Below, in pieces: positions 19,675-28,242 of a stretch of DNA of 64,000 nucleotides. Source of the DNA: Caldilineae bacterium (lineage in GTDB: Bacteria > Chloroflexota > Anaerolineae > DUEN01). The first letter of the stretch is position 1, and every line of letters begins with the position of its first letter. The translations under genes were made by a program, and so were the position numbers. Where the stretch lies: assembly GCA_011176545.1 (NCBI GenBank), contig DUEN01000021.1, positions 8,662 through 72,661 on the forward strand. The letters run 5' to 3'. Below the pieces are notes generated by a model. That model searched no databases and was not told the DNA's origin. It saw only the letters and a list, made by a program, of their open reading frames with translations.

Positions 19675-22251
19675 TCATTCCGACACCTCCAAGTCATGCC
19701 CGTGGCCATTGGCGGAGATCTTCTCCGACTCCGGCCTGTGGTCGCCGGAGGGGGCCTCCCCAGTAGCGAGCTGCGGCTGCGGCCGCAACGCGGCCTCCAA
19801 CACTTGATCGATCCGCTCGACGAAGATGAAGTTCAGCTCCTCGCCCACATCCTCCGGCAGATCGTCCAGGTCCGCCTCGTTGCGCTGCGGCAGGATCACC
19901 GTCTTCAGCCCCGCGCGGTGGGCGGCCAATACCTTCTGCTTCACGCCGCCGATGGGCAACACCTGCCCCCGCAGGGTGATCTCGCCGGTCATGCCCACAT
20001 CGGCGCGCACCGGGCGACCGGTCAGTAAGCTGACCAGCGCCGTCACCATGGTGACGCCCGCGCTGGGGCCGTCTTTGGGGATCGCCCCCTCCGGCACATG
20101 GATGTGGAAATCACTGTGCTCGAAGACGTCCTCCTCGATCCCCAGATCAGGCGCGTTCGCCCGCACCCAGCTATAGGCGATCCGCACCGATTCCTCCATG
20201 ACGTCGCCCAGTTGACCGGTCGTGACCAGGTTGCCCTTGCCCTTCATGCGGGTGGCTTCGACGAAGAGCACATCGCCGCCGACCGGGGTCCAGGCCAATC
20301 CAGTGGCCACACCCGGGGTCTCCGTGCGCAAGGCGGCCTCGAAGAACACCTTGGGCTTGCCCAGGTACTCGCGCACCACCTCCGGCGTGACCTCGACCCG
20401 CTCCACCTCGCCCGCGGCGATCTTCACGGCCACCTTGCGGCACACGCGGCCGATCTCGCGCTCCAGGTTGCGCACGCCAGCCTCACGCGTGTAATCGCGG
20501 ATGATCTGGCGGATGGCCGCTTCGGTGAACTCGATCTCGCCCTTGCGCAGGCCGTTGGCCCGCCGCTGACGAGGAATCAGATACCCCTGAGCGATACGGA
20601 TCTTCTCGTACTCGGTGTAACCCTCCAGCTCGATGATCTCCATGCGGTCGCGCAACGGCGCCGGGATCGGCTCAAGCTGATTGGCCGTGGTGATGAAGAT
20701 CACGTCGCTCAAGTCGAAGTCCACGTCCAGGTAGTGGTCGCGGAAGGCATGGTTCTGTTGCGGATCCAACACCTCCAGCAGCGCGCTGGCGGGATCGCCG
20801 CGCCAGTCCATGCCGATCTTGTCCACCTCGTCCAGCATGAAGACCGGGTTGCGCGTGCCAGCCCGCTTGATGGCCTGGATGATGCGGCCGGGCATGGCGC
20901 CGATGTACGTGCGGCGGTGGCCGCGGATCTCCGCCTCGTCCCGCATGCCGCCCAGGCTCATCCGGGTGAATTTACGGCCCAACGCCCGCGCGATGGACTT
21001 GCCCAGGCTGGTCTTGCCCACGCCGGGCGGCCCTACGAAGCATAGGATGGCCCCCATGGCCTCCTGGACATCCTCCTCGCGGCCATCCTCTGACTCGATG
21101 CCGCGCTCCTTGACCAGCTTGCGCACCGCCAGGTACTCCAAGATGCGATCCTTGACCTTCTGCAGGTCGTAATGATCCTCATCTAACACCTGGCGAGCGT
21201 GCTCGATATCCAGGTTGTCCTCGCTCAGCTTATTCCACGGCAGCTCAACCAGCCAATCCAGATAGGTCTTAATGACGGAGTACTCGGCGGCCTGGGGAGG
21301 CATCTTCTCCATGCGCTTCAGCTCGCGCATGGCCTCCTTATACGCCTCCTCCGGCAGGCCAGCCTCCTCGATCTTCTGTCGGTATTCCTCGATCTCCGCC
21401 GTCTGCTCGTCCGTCTCCCCCAGCTCCCGACGGATCGCCTCCAGCTGCTGGCGCAAGAAGTACTCGCGCTGCTGCCGGCTCATCTCCTCCTGCGCCTCCT
21501 CGGCAATCTTCTGGCCGAGGGTCAGCACCTCCTTCTCCCGCGTCAGGTGGGAGATGAGCATGCGCATCTTTTCTTTCAAATCGTCGGCCTCTAGCAGCGC
21601 CTGCTCCTGCTCCACCTCCAGCCGGGCGTTGGCCGCGATCATGTAGACAAGCTGCCGGGGATTATCGATCTGATCCAGGAAGGCGCCCACCCCCTCCGGC
21701 AGGTTCGGCATGAGGGCCAGCACCTCCTTGGCGATCTGCGTCAGGCTGCGGCGGAGCGCCTCCGTCTCCACATCGTCCTCGACCTGATCGGGCGCCAGCA
21801 CAATGCGCGCCTTCAGGTAGGGCTCCGTCTCCGTCCAGGTCTCGATCTTGAAGCGCTCCAGCCCCTGGATCACCACCTGCAGGGTGCCATCGGAGGTGCG
21901 GATGACCTTATGAATAAGCGCGACGGTGCCCACCTCATAGATCTCGCCTGGCATGGGCTCCTCAATGGAGGGGTCCTTCATCGCCACCAGGCCGATGAGG
22001 CGGTCCCCCGCCAGTGCATCCTCAACCAGCTTCACCGAGCGCGGGATACCGACGGCCAGGGGCATGATGGCGAACGGCACCGCGACGGTGTTGCGCAGAG
22101 GGAGGATCGGCAACTCCTCTGGCAATCGCTGGAGGATCTCCCGATACTCCTTCTCAAGGGCCTCTCCACTCTTAAACATCATCATGTGATCACTCCACTC
22201 GTCACCCAGGGAAGACCATATGGGAATCAACATGCCTTTCATCTCTTTCAT
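19675..22251 (-). CDS. lon: ATP-dependent protease La (LonA)
   Basis: LPILPLRN, GPPGVGKTS, RGHRRTYIGAMPG and PKDGPSAG..GGVKQK (Ser-Lys dyad); exact start uncertain. Confidence 0.97.
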   Translation of the reverse strand: MKEMKGMLIPIWSSLGDEWSDHMMMFKSGEALEKEYREILQRLPEELPILPLRNTVAVPFAIMPLAVGIPRSVKLVEDALAGDRLIGLVAMKDPSIEEPMPGEIYEVGTVALIHKVIRTSDGTLQVVIQGLERFKIETWTETEPYLKARIVLAPDQVEDDVETEALRRSLTQIAKEVLALMPNLPEGVGAFLDQIDNPRQLVYMIAANARLEVEQEQALLEADDLKEKMRMLISHLTREKEVLTLGQKIAEEAQEEMSRQQREYFLRQQLEAIRRELGETDEQTAEIEEYRQKIEEAGLPEEAYKEAMRELKRMEKMPPQAAEYSVIKTYLDWLVELPWNKLSEDNLDIEHARQVLDEDHYDLQKVKDRILEYLAVRKLVKERGIESEDGREEDVQEAMGAILCFVGPPGVGKTSLGKSIARALGRKFTRMSLGGMRDEAEIRGHRRTYIGAMPGRIIQAIKRAGTRNPVFMLDEVDKIGMDWRGDPASALLEVLDPQQNHAFRDHYLDVDFDLSDVIFITTANQLEPIPAPLRDRMEIIELEGYTEYEKIRIAQGYLIPRQRRANGLRKGEIEFTEAAIRQIIRDYTREAGVRNLEREIGRVCRKVAVKIAAGEVERVEVTPEVVREYLGKPKVFFEAALRTETPGVATGLAWTPVGGDVLFVEATRMKGKGNLVTTGQLGDVMEESVRIAYSWVRANAPDLGIEEDVFEHSDFHIHVPEGAIPKDGPSAGVTMVTALVSLLTGRPVRADVGMTGEITLRGQVLPIGGVKQKVLAAHRAGLKTVILPQRNEADLDDLPEDVGEELNFIFVERIDQVLEAALRPQPQLATGEAPSGDHRPESEKISANGHGHDLEVSE

Positions 22252-22641
22252 CGCGTCGTATCGCTCAAGGATTCATAGCGTCGAAGTCGCCGCGCTATCC
22301 CTTTCCCTTCCATTATCGAGAGGGGCAAGAGCTTTTGAATCCAGGGCTGCGCGGACGGATTCCTGGACACAGCCGCCCTATGCGGCTGATCGGGTTCCGC
22401 GACAGCCGCGCCGGGGTTGGGCCAGCACGGCGGCAGGCGGGTGGCAAGCCGCTGTCCTGGGCCCGGAGCAGGCGGCAGTCACGAGATCGTGCTGCATGCC
22501 TCTCAACGGTGCTCAAGACATGGGCTTCGCATGCGTCCAAACGACCAGGGCCGGAACGGCACTGTCGCCTGCAACGCAGCGGCGCGACGCCGGGATCCCA
22601 ACCATCCCGACGCGCTTTGCCCCTTGCCACGCCGCACTCCC

Positions 22642-22695
22642 ATTAAACCACGCGGGTGTAAGGATTTCATCAGAGGCGCATTAGCATTTCGTTAG
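22642..22695 (-). promoter_or_regulatory. Four direct repeats at 11-bp period plus extended -10 upstream of lon
   Basis: Plus-strand TGTAAG(22657) CATCAG(22668) CATTAG(22679) CGTTAG(22690); minus-strand TGGTTTAAT. Confidence 0.65.
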
Positions 22696-22705
22696 AGCGA
22701 TATTC

Positions 22706-22787
22706 CACCGCAGAGACGCGGAGGACGCAGAGTCAAGCCCATCGATCCCTCGTTTTGTCCCCTCCGCGTTCTCTCGTCTCCGCGGTG
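22706..22787. repeat. Long imperfect inverted repeat (CACCGCAGAGACGCGGAG...CTCCGCGGTG)
   Basis: Arms CACCGCAGAGACGCGGAGGACGCAGAG and CTCCGCGTTCTCTCGTCTCCGCGGTG; related to the element at 60923. Confidence 0.65.
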
Positions 22788-22946
22788 AGATATGGATCAT
22801 CGTCGCGCCTCTCGCGTTGCCCCTGCTCTCTTCCGATGATACAATGCCATCGCTTTGAGAGACATTTATGTAGGGGTTCGGCGGCGCTGCCCCCCTCTTC
22901 TGAGGGCGTATCTGACTTATGGACTGGCTACCAAATAGCGAAAAAT

Positions 22947-22973
22947 GTAAGGGGCGCACGGCCGTGCGCCCCC
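22947..22973. repeat. REP-like palindrome
   Basis: GTAAGGGGCGCACGGCCGTGCGCCCCC. Confidence 0.75.
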
Positions 22974-23050
22974 GGACGATTGTGTTGCTTGCTCCAGTCT
23001 CGAGAGAGAAATCCTCAGATGCGCTCTGAGGATATCGCGTAGGGGAGCGA

Positions 23051-24715
23051 ATGCTCGTGCTTTTCCCACTAAGGCAGCCCCGGCGCCACTTTCAACGCAT
23101 GCAGCAGATCACGGAAGTGCTGCTCCGCCATGGGATGGGCTACGTGGCCGCTCAGCTCGGCCTCCCATTGCCGCGCCGGATCCAGCCCGCCGCGCCACCC
23201 CCGGAGACGGCAGCCGCGCGGGTGCGCGCCGTCCTGGAGGACCTCGGGCCGACCTTCATCAAGCTAGGCCAGATCCTGAGCACGCGCGCCGATATCCTGC
23301 CAGCTGAATGGGTCGAAGAGCTCTCGCGCCTTCAAGATCAGGTGGCGCCCTTCCCCATGGACCAAGTGCGAGCCCAGATCGAGGCCGAGTTAGGCGCCCC
23401 TCTGGAGACGCTATTCCGTTGGTTCGACCCTGAGCCCATCGCCGCCGCCTCCGTCGGACAGGTGCACAGGGCAGAGCTCATGGATGGAATGCAAGTGGTC
23501 GTGAAGGTCCAGCGTCCCGGCCTGGTGGACGAGGTGGAAGGAGACCTCGCCGTGTTGACAGAGATCGCCCGCCTGGCGGAGGGGCGCACGGCGTGGGGGA
23601 AGGTCTACTCCTTTACCGAGCTGGTCGATCATCTGGCCCGCGAGATGCGGGCGCAGCTCGACTATACCGTCGAGGGACGCCATGCGGAGCACGTGCGCGA
23701 GGTCCTGGCCGACGATCCCGACGTGATCGTGCCCGCGGTGTATTGGACCTACACCACGCCGCGCGTGTTGACCATGGAATACATCGAGGGTGAAAAGCTC
23801 TCCGACGTGATCGCCCGATGCCCTCCTCTGGAGGAACGTCGGCGCTTGGCGCTGCTCCTGGCACGCGCCATGACGCGCCAGGCCCTGCGGGACGGGGTCT
23901 ATCACGCCGATCCACACCCGGGCAACCTGCTGGTCACGCTGGACGGCCGGCTGGTCTTCACCGATTTCGGGCTGGTCGGCTTTCTGGATGAGCCGCTTCG
24001 AGACGCCTTGATCGGCCTGGTCATGGGGATCATCGAGCGCGACGTGACGGGGATGTCCCTCGCGTTACAGGACCTGGGCGTCTTGACGCGCCCCGTACCC
24101 CAGCGAGCCCTTCAACGCGACCTCCAGCGCCTGCTCCAGCAATACTACGAGATCCCCCTCAGCCAGATCTCCATCGGGCAGACGCTGCAACAGATGCTCT
24201 CGCTGGCCATCAAATATGGCGTGCAGGTGCCCCCAGAACTGGGACAGCTCTCCCGGACGCTGATCACTCTGGAGGGGGTCGTCCGGCAACTCGACCCCGA
24301 TCTCAGCCTGATGGAGATCGCGGAGCCCGTCGCCGTCGAGTTGCGCCGCGAGCGGTTCTCCATGGAACGTATCAGCCGCGAGCTGCGACGCAACGCCATC
24401 ATCACCGCCCGGCTGCTGGACCAACTCCCGACGCGACTACAGGTCCTGCTCCAGCGACTGGAGGAAGGGCGGCTCCCTGTCATCATCGAACAGGGCGATC
24501 TGGATCGGAACCTGCCTCAGATCGGCCGGCTGGTCAACCGACTGGCGGCCGCGCTGGTGATATCTAGCACACTGCTCACCGCGGGGGTCCTCCTGGGCCT
24601 CGGCGCGGCGCCGACGTGGAAGGAGGTCTCCCTCCCCGGGTTGGTCGGACTCCTCCTGGGCTCCCTGGGTGGCGCCTGGTTAATGTGGTCGATCCTGCGA
24701 TCCGGACGCCTATAG
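23051..24715 (+). CDS. ABC1/UbiB-family atypical kinase
   Basis: LGPTFIKLGQ, AAASVGQVH, VVKVQRP, HADPHPGN and DFG motifs; C-terminal TMs. Confidence 0.93.
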   Translation: MLVLFPLRQPRRHFQRMQQITEVLLRHGMGYVAAQLGLPLPRRIQPAAPPPETAAARVRAVLEDLGPTFIKLGQILSTRADILPAEWVEELSRLQDQVAPFPMDQVRAQIEAELGAPLETLFRWFDPEPIAAASVGQVHRAELMDGMQVVVKVQRPGLVDEVEGDLAVLTEIARLAEGRTAWGKVYSFTELVDHLAREMRAQLDYTVEGRHAEHVREVLADDPDVIVPAVYWTYTTPRVLTMEYIEGEKLSDVIARCPPLEERRRLALLLARAMTRQALRDGVYHADPHPGNLLVTLDGRLVFTDFGLVGFLDEPLRDALIGLVMGIIERDVTGMSLALQDLGVLTRPVPQRALQRDLQRLLQQYYEIPLSQISIGQTLQQMLSLAIKYGVQVPPELGQLSRTLITLEGVVRQLDPDLSLMEIAEPVAVELRRERFSMERISRELRRNAIITARLLDQLPTRLQVLLQRLEEGRLPVIIEQGDLDRNLPQIGRLVNRLAAALVISSTLLTAGVLLGLGAAPTWKEVSLPGLVGLLLGSLGGAWLMWSILRSGRL

Positions 24716-24721
24716 TCCTCC

Positions 24722-25615
24722 TTAGCTCTGAGCCGGAGCCCCAGGCTCGTCAGATGACGTAGCCGACTCGACGGAAGGCGTCGGCAGCGGCCGCCGGTGG
24801 TTGATGTATAGCCCGACGAGAGCGAAGAGGATGGCCAGCAACGCGATCCATTGAGCGGTAGCCATGCCCCCTATCGTCCACGCATCCGGCCGCAGCATCT
24901 CGATAAAGAACCGTCCCACGGGATACCAGATGAGGTAGAGGAAGAAGACATCACCGTTCCGCAGACGATGAGCGAAGCGCCTGCCGATCCAGAGCAGTAA
25001 CGCAAAGCCGATGAGGTTCCACAGCGATTCGTACAGGAAAGTGGGATGAAACCGTGTCGTCTCCACCGGATACTTTTGGAGATCGAGGTACTCCCCGTAA
25101 CGGTGCTGTGCATCGATCTTCAGTCCCCACGGCATGGGGTTCTTCATAGGGGGACCATAAAGCTCCTGGTTCATGAAGTTGCCCCAACGCCCGATGGCCT
25201 GGGCCAGCAAGACGCCCGGGGACACGATATCCAGCCAGCGCCAGAACGAGAGTTTATGGCGCCACGTGTAGATGAAGATGGCGAGGACGCCCCCGACAAC
25301 GCCTCCGTAGATGCCCAGGCCGCGAAATCCGCCCTTCCAGAAGGCGATGATGTCGATCGGATGCTCCTTGTAATAGTCCCAGCCGACGAATCCGCCAGCG
25401 GGACGGGAGATGACGTGATACAGGCGCGCGCCGATGATGCCCAGAAGCAGACACCACACCAGGATATCCCAGGCGCGCTCCGGGTCCTCACCTCGACGCC
25501 GGGCCTCCGCGGAGGCGACCACAGCGGCCAGGACCGCGCCGGTGACGATGAAGAGGCCATACCAGTGAATCGTGATCGGACCGATGGTCATAGCAGGCGG
25601 GAAAGGTGGCTGCAT
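24722..25615 (-). CDS. lgt: Prolipoprotein diacylglyceryl transferase
   Basis: IHWYG, GARLYHV, QAIGRWGNFMNQELYG, HPTFLYE and RFFIEMLR motifs. Confidence 0.96.
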   Translation of the reverse strand: MQPPFPPAMTIGPITIHWYGLFIVTGAVLAAVVASAEARRRGEDPERAWDILVWCLLLGIIGARLYHVISRPAGGFVGWDYYKEHPIDIIAFWKGGFRGLGIYGGVVGGVLAIFIYTWRHKLSFWRWLDIVSPGVLLAQAIGRWGNFMNQELYGPPMKNPMPWGLKIDAQHRYGEYLDLQKYPVETTRFHPTFLYESLWNLIGFALLLWIGRRFAHRLRNGDVFFLYLIWYPVGRFFIEMLRPDAWTIGGMATAQWIALLAILFALVGLYINHRRPLPTPSVESATSSDEPGAPAQS

Positions 25616-25997
25616 AACGATCTCTCCTCTCTGTCGATCGGTACACGGACCCGCCTGAGAGCTCTCAGAGCATGTCTGGGTAGAGTATAAAAAGGTCCGG
25701 CATCTGCCCTACCGAATGGCGTGTTGGCAACCATCACTCTGGGCTCCCAGGACGGGATATCTCCTTGGCTCGTCTACAGAAAAGTTCTCTCCGTCGATCA
25801 AAGTGCGACTTCCAGAGATGAGCCTGTCTCGTTCGTCGCCGTGGAGAAGATGATAGCATGTCCTTGGTAGATGGCAAGCTGCGACATGCCGTCTCCCGAG
25901 AACGAGTTGCATCCCGCGGCCTCTCCTGCTACACTGTGCTCATCCGAAGTCGTACGGTCACAAGCTTTCCGCCTACAGAAAACCACGAGGTGTCGAG

Positions 25998-26255
25998 ATG
26001 TGTGAAGCCGATTCCCTGTCACTGTCCCTCTCACCGGAGGAGAGGGAGCTGATCGCCTTGTTGCGGGAGGAGATGGGACTCCCCGATGATGAAGCTGTAT
26101 TGCACATGCTGGTGCGTCAGGCCGCGCAGCGCGTGGCCATCACGTGCCCTTCTTGTGGCCACTACGCTAAACGCACCGCCGAAGACGAGGCGCGGTGCCG
26201 ATCATGCCTCTCCGTGATCAAACTCGTGGAAGGGATCTGGCAGGTCAGCGGATGA
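25998..26255 (+). CDS. Small zinc-ribbon protein (CPSC..CRSC) with a helical N-terminus
   Basis: 85 aa, GAGGTG RBS, two CxxC pairs; no family recognised. Confidence 0.6.
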   Translation: MCEADSLSLSLSPEERELIALLREEMGLPDDEAVLHMLVRQAAQRVAITCPSCGHYAKRTAEDEARCRSCLSVIKLVEGIWQVSG

Positions 26256-26373
26256 GGCTCGACGGCGCGTAGCGCGTTCAGGCCTCTTGCGCCCCCCTCT
26301 AGGGCCTGATATGCCTTATGAGAGATCTCCCTTTCATTGATGATAAAGCTGAACGGCAGAACATATGTTTACA

Positions 26374-26402
26374 TTGACAGTAAAACAAATTTAAGCTAAA
26401 AT
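26374..26402 (+). promoter_or_regulatory. Sigma70-type promoter upstream of the cytochrome island
   Basis: TTGACA-17 nt-TAAAAT in an AT-rich stretch. Confidence 0.7.
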
Positions 26403-26729
26403 ATCGCTGACTTCTATGCGTTGGATATCTCCTGGAGGCACGTGGCGATCCAGTTCACTGTATTGTTGCATCGGACAGTATCTCCCAGAACGTGTCCGAG
26501 AAAGACCGACTGAGTCACCATTAGGCCTTAGAGAAACCGATAGGAACACGATGTACCGTGCTTTGCCATCAATCGCCTCCGCTTCGAGCGGAGGGATCTT
26601 CAGTCAGGCTCACAGGTGAGCCGTTCCCTTAATCGGATTTTGTCCCTAGCCACACCTTTATCCATAATCGGCCGTTCCACAGAAGTTGTGGATCATAACT
26701 CAATCCTTATAAGAGGGGAGGTCATCATC

Positions 26730-28079
26730 ATGCCACACATCTCATGGAGGGCAGCTGCGATTCTCTCGTTCATCGCCCTCATCACGTTAGGTTGTACGCA
26801 GCCGGTCCCCCTACTGATCACAACGCCTACTCCCCCCACACCGACACCGGTTCCACCGACCGCTACGCCTTCGGCGCCTGTCGCCACGTCACCTGGCGCC
26901 GATGACGCCTGTATGGAGTGTCACAGAGAGGTGACACCTTCCCTCGTAAGGGACTTCCAGCAGGGGAAGATGTACGAGGTGGGCATCCGTTGTAGCAATT
27001 GTCATGGCTCTGAACACACCAGTGCTGAGGATACTGCCAAGGCTCAGATCCCCACAGCCAAGACATGCGCGACCTGCCACCCGACTCAGGTGACACAGTT
27101 TGAAGCTGGTAAACATGCCCTCGCCTGGGTCGCCATGAACGCCATGCCCACGACTCATATGCAGCCTATGGAGCTGATCCAGGGCAAGAAGGGCTGCGGT
27201 GGCTGTCATAAGATCGGGCTCAAGAGCGAAGAGGAGATTCAGGCGATGCAGGCGGCGGGAGAGACGTACGGCACGGCCTCGTGTGACTCCTGCCACACGC
27301 GACACGCCTTCTCCGTCGCCGAGGCGCGCCAGCCTGAAGCCTGCGCGACCTGCCACATGGGCTTTGATCACCCGCAATGGGAGATGTGGTCAACCTCTAA
27401 GCACGGCGTACGGTTCCTCCTGAAGCGCCAGGGAGTGCTTTCCCCAGAGGTCGCCGCGCCGGCCTGTCAGGATTGCCATATGCAGGATGGCGACCACGAG
27501 GTCCGGACGGCCTGGGGATTCCTGGCCGTGCGCCTGCCGCTGCCGGATGACCCGCAATGGGCAGATGATCGGGTGACGATCCTCAAGGCGCTGGGCGTGC
27601 TGGACCCCGAGGGTAATCCAACGGGCCGACTCGACGCGGTCAAGGCCGCGGACGTGGCGCGCCTGACGGAAGAAGACTGGCAGACAGAACGCGAGAAGAT
27701 GCTCACGGCCTGTAGCCAATGTCACGCCCAAGCATATGCCGAGGCCGAATTGAAGAAGGCTGACGAGATGATCCGGGAGGCTGATCATCTGATGGCGGAG
27801 GCCATCCGGATCGTGGCCGGGCTCTACGAGGACGGGCTGTTGGAGAAGCCGGAGCACTTCTCGTACAACTACCCCGATCTGCTCGCCTTCTACGAAGTCA
27901 ATCACCCCATCGAACAGAAGCTCTTCAAGATGTTCCTGGAATATCGGATGCGCACCTTCCAGGGCGCGTTCCACGCGAATCCGGATTACACCTTCTGGTA
28001 CGGCTGGGCTGAAATGAAAGCGACACTGGCTGAGATCAAAGCCATGGCAGCGGAGTTGAGGGGAGGGGGCGCTCCCTGA
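26730..28079 (+). CDS. HAO-family octaheme cytochrome c lipoprotein
   Basis: Lipobox TLGC; 8 CxxCH; HAO-family block CDSCHTRHAFSVAEARQPEACATCHMGFDHPQWEMWSTSKHG and C-terminal GAFHANPDYTFWYGW; start at ATG 26730 after GGAGG. Confidence 0.85.
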   Translation: MPHISWRAAAILSFIALITLGCTQPVPLLITTPTPPTPTPVPPTATPSAPVATSPGADDACMECHREVTPSLVRDFQQGKMYEVGIRCSNCHGSEHTSAEDTAKAQIPTAKTCATCHPTQVTQFEAGKHALAWVAMNAMPTTHMQPMELIQGKKGCGGCHKIGLKSEEEIQAMQAAGETYGTASCDSCHTRHAFSVAEARQPEACATCHMGFDHPQWEMWSTSKHGVRFLLKRQGVLSPEVAAPACQDCHMQDGDHEVRTAWGFLAVRLPLPDDPQWADDRVTILKALGVLDPEGNPTGRLDAVKAADVARLTEEDWQTEREKMLTACSQCHAQAYAEAELKKADEMIREADHLMAEAIRIVAGLYEDGLLEKPEHFSYNYPDLLAFYEVNHPIEQKLFKMFLEYRMRTFQGAFHANPDYTFWYGWAEMKATLAEIKAMAAELRGGGAP

Positions 28080-28132
28080 CTAAGTAAGCGCCGACATGCT
28101 CCCCACGCTCTGATCTGTTCTCTATCGCCTGA

Positions 28133-28163
28133 GTAGGGGGCACGGTGACGCCGTGCCCCCTGC
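28133..28163. repeat. REP-like palindrome
   Basis: GTAGGGGGCACGGTGACGCCGTGCCCCCTGC. Confidence 0.75.
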
Positions 28164-28242
28164 GACTAGGCAATCCTCAGGGGGTACGCGGCCGATACGT
28201 TCCCGCTAGGTGAAGACACCCCAATGAGCAAAGGAGGAGGGG

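Noticed and set aside
14745-22700. CIRCE (HrcA) operator at heat-shock genes
   Set aside because: No TTAGCACTC-N9-GAGTGCTAA was found; TTAGCA at 22681 is part of the 11-bp direct-repeat array.
26730-28079. Evidence for ammonia oxidation or anammox
   Set aside because: No amo, cycA/cycB or hzs genes are present, and HAO-family octahemes are widespread in non-nitrifiers.
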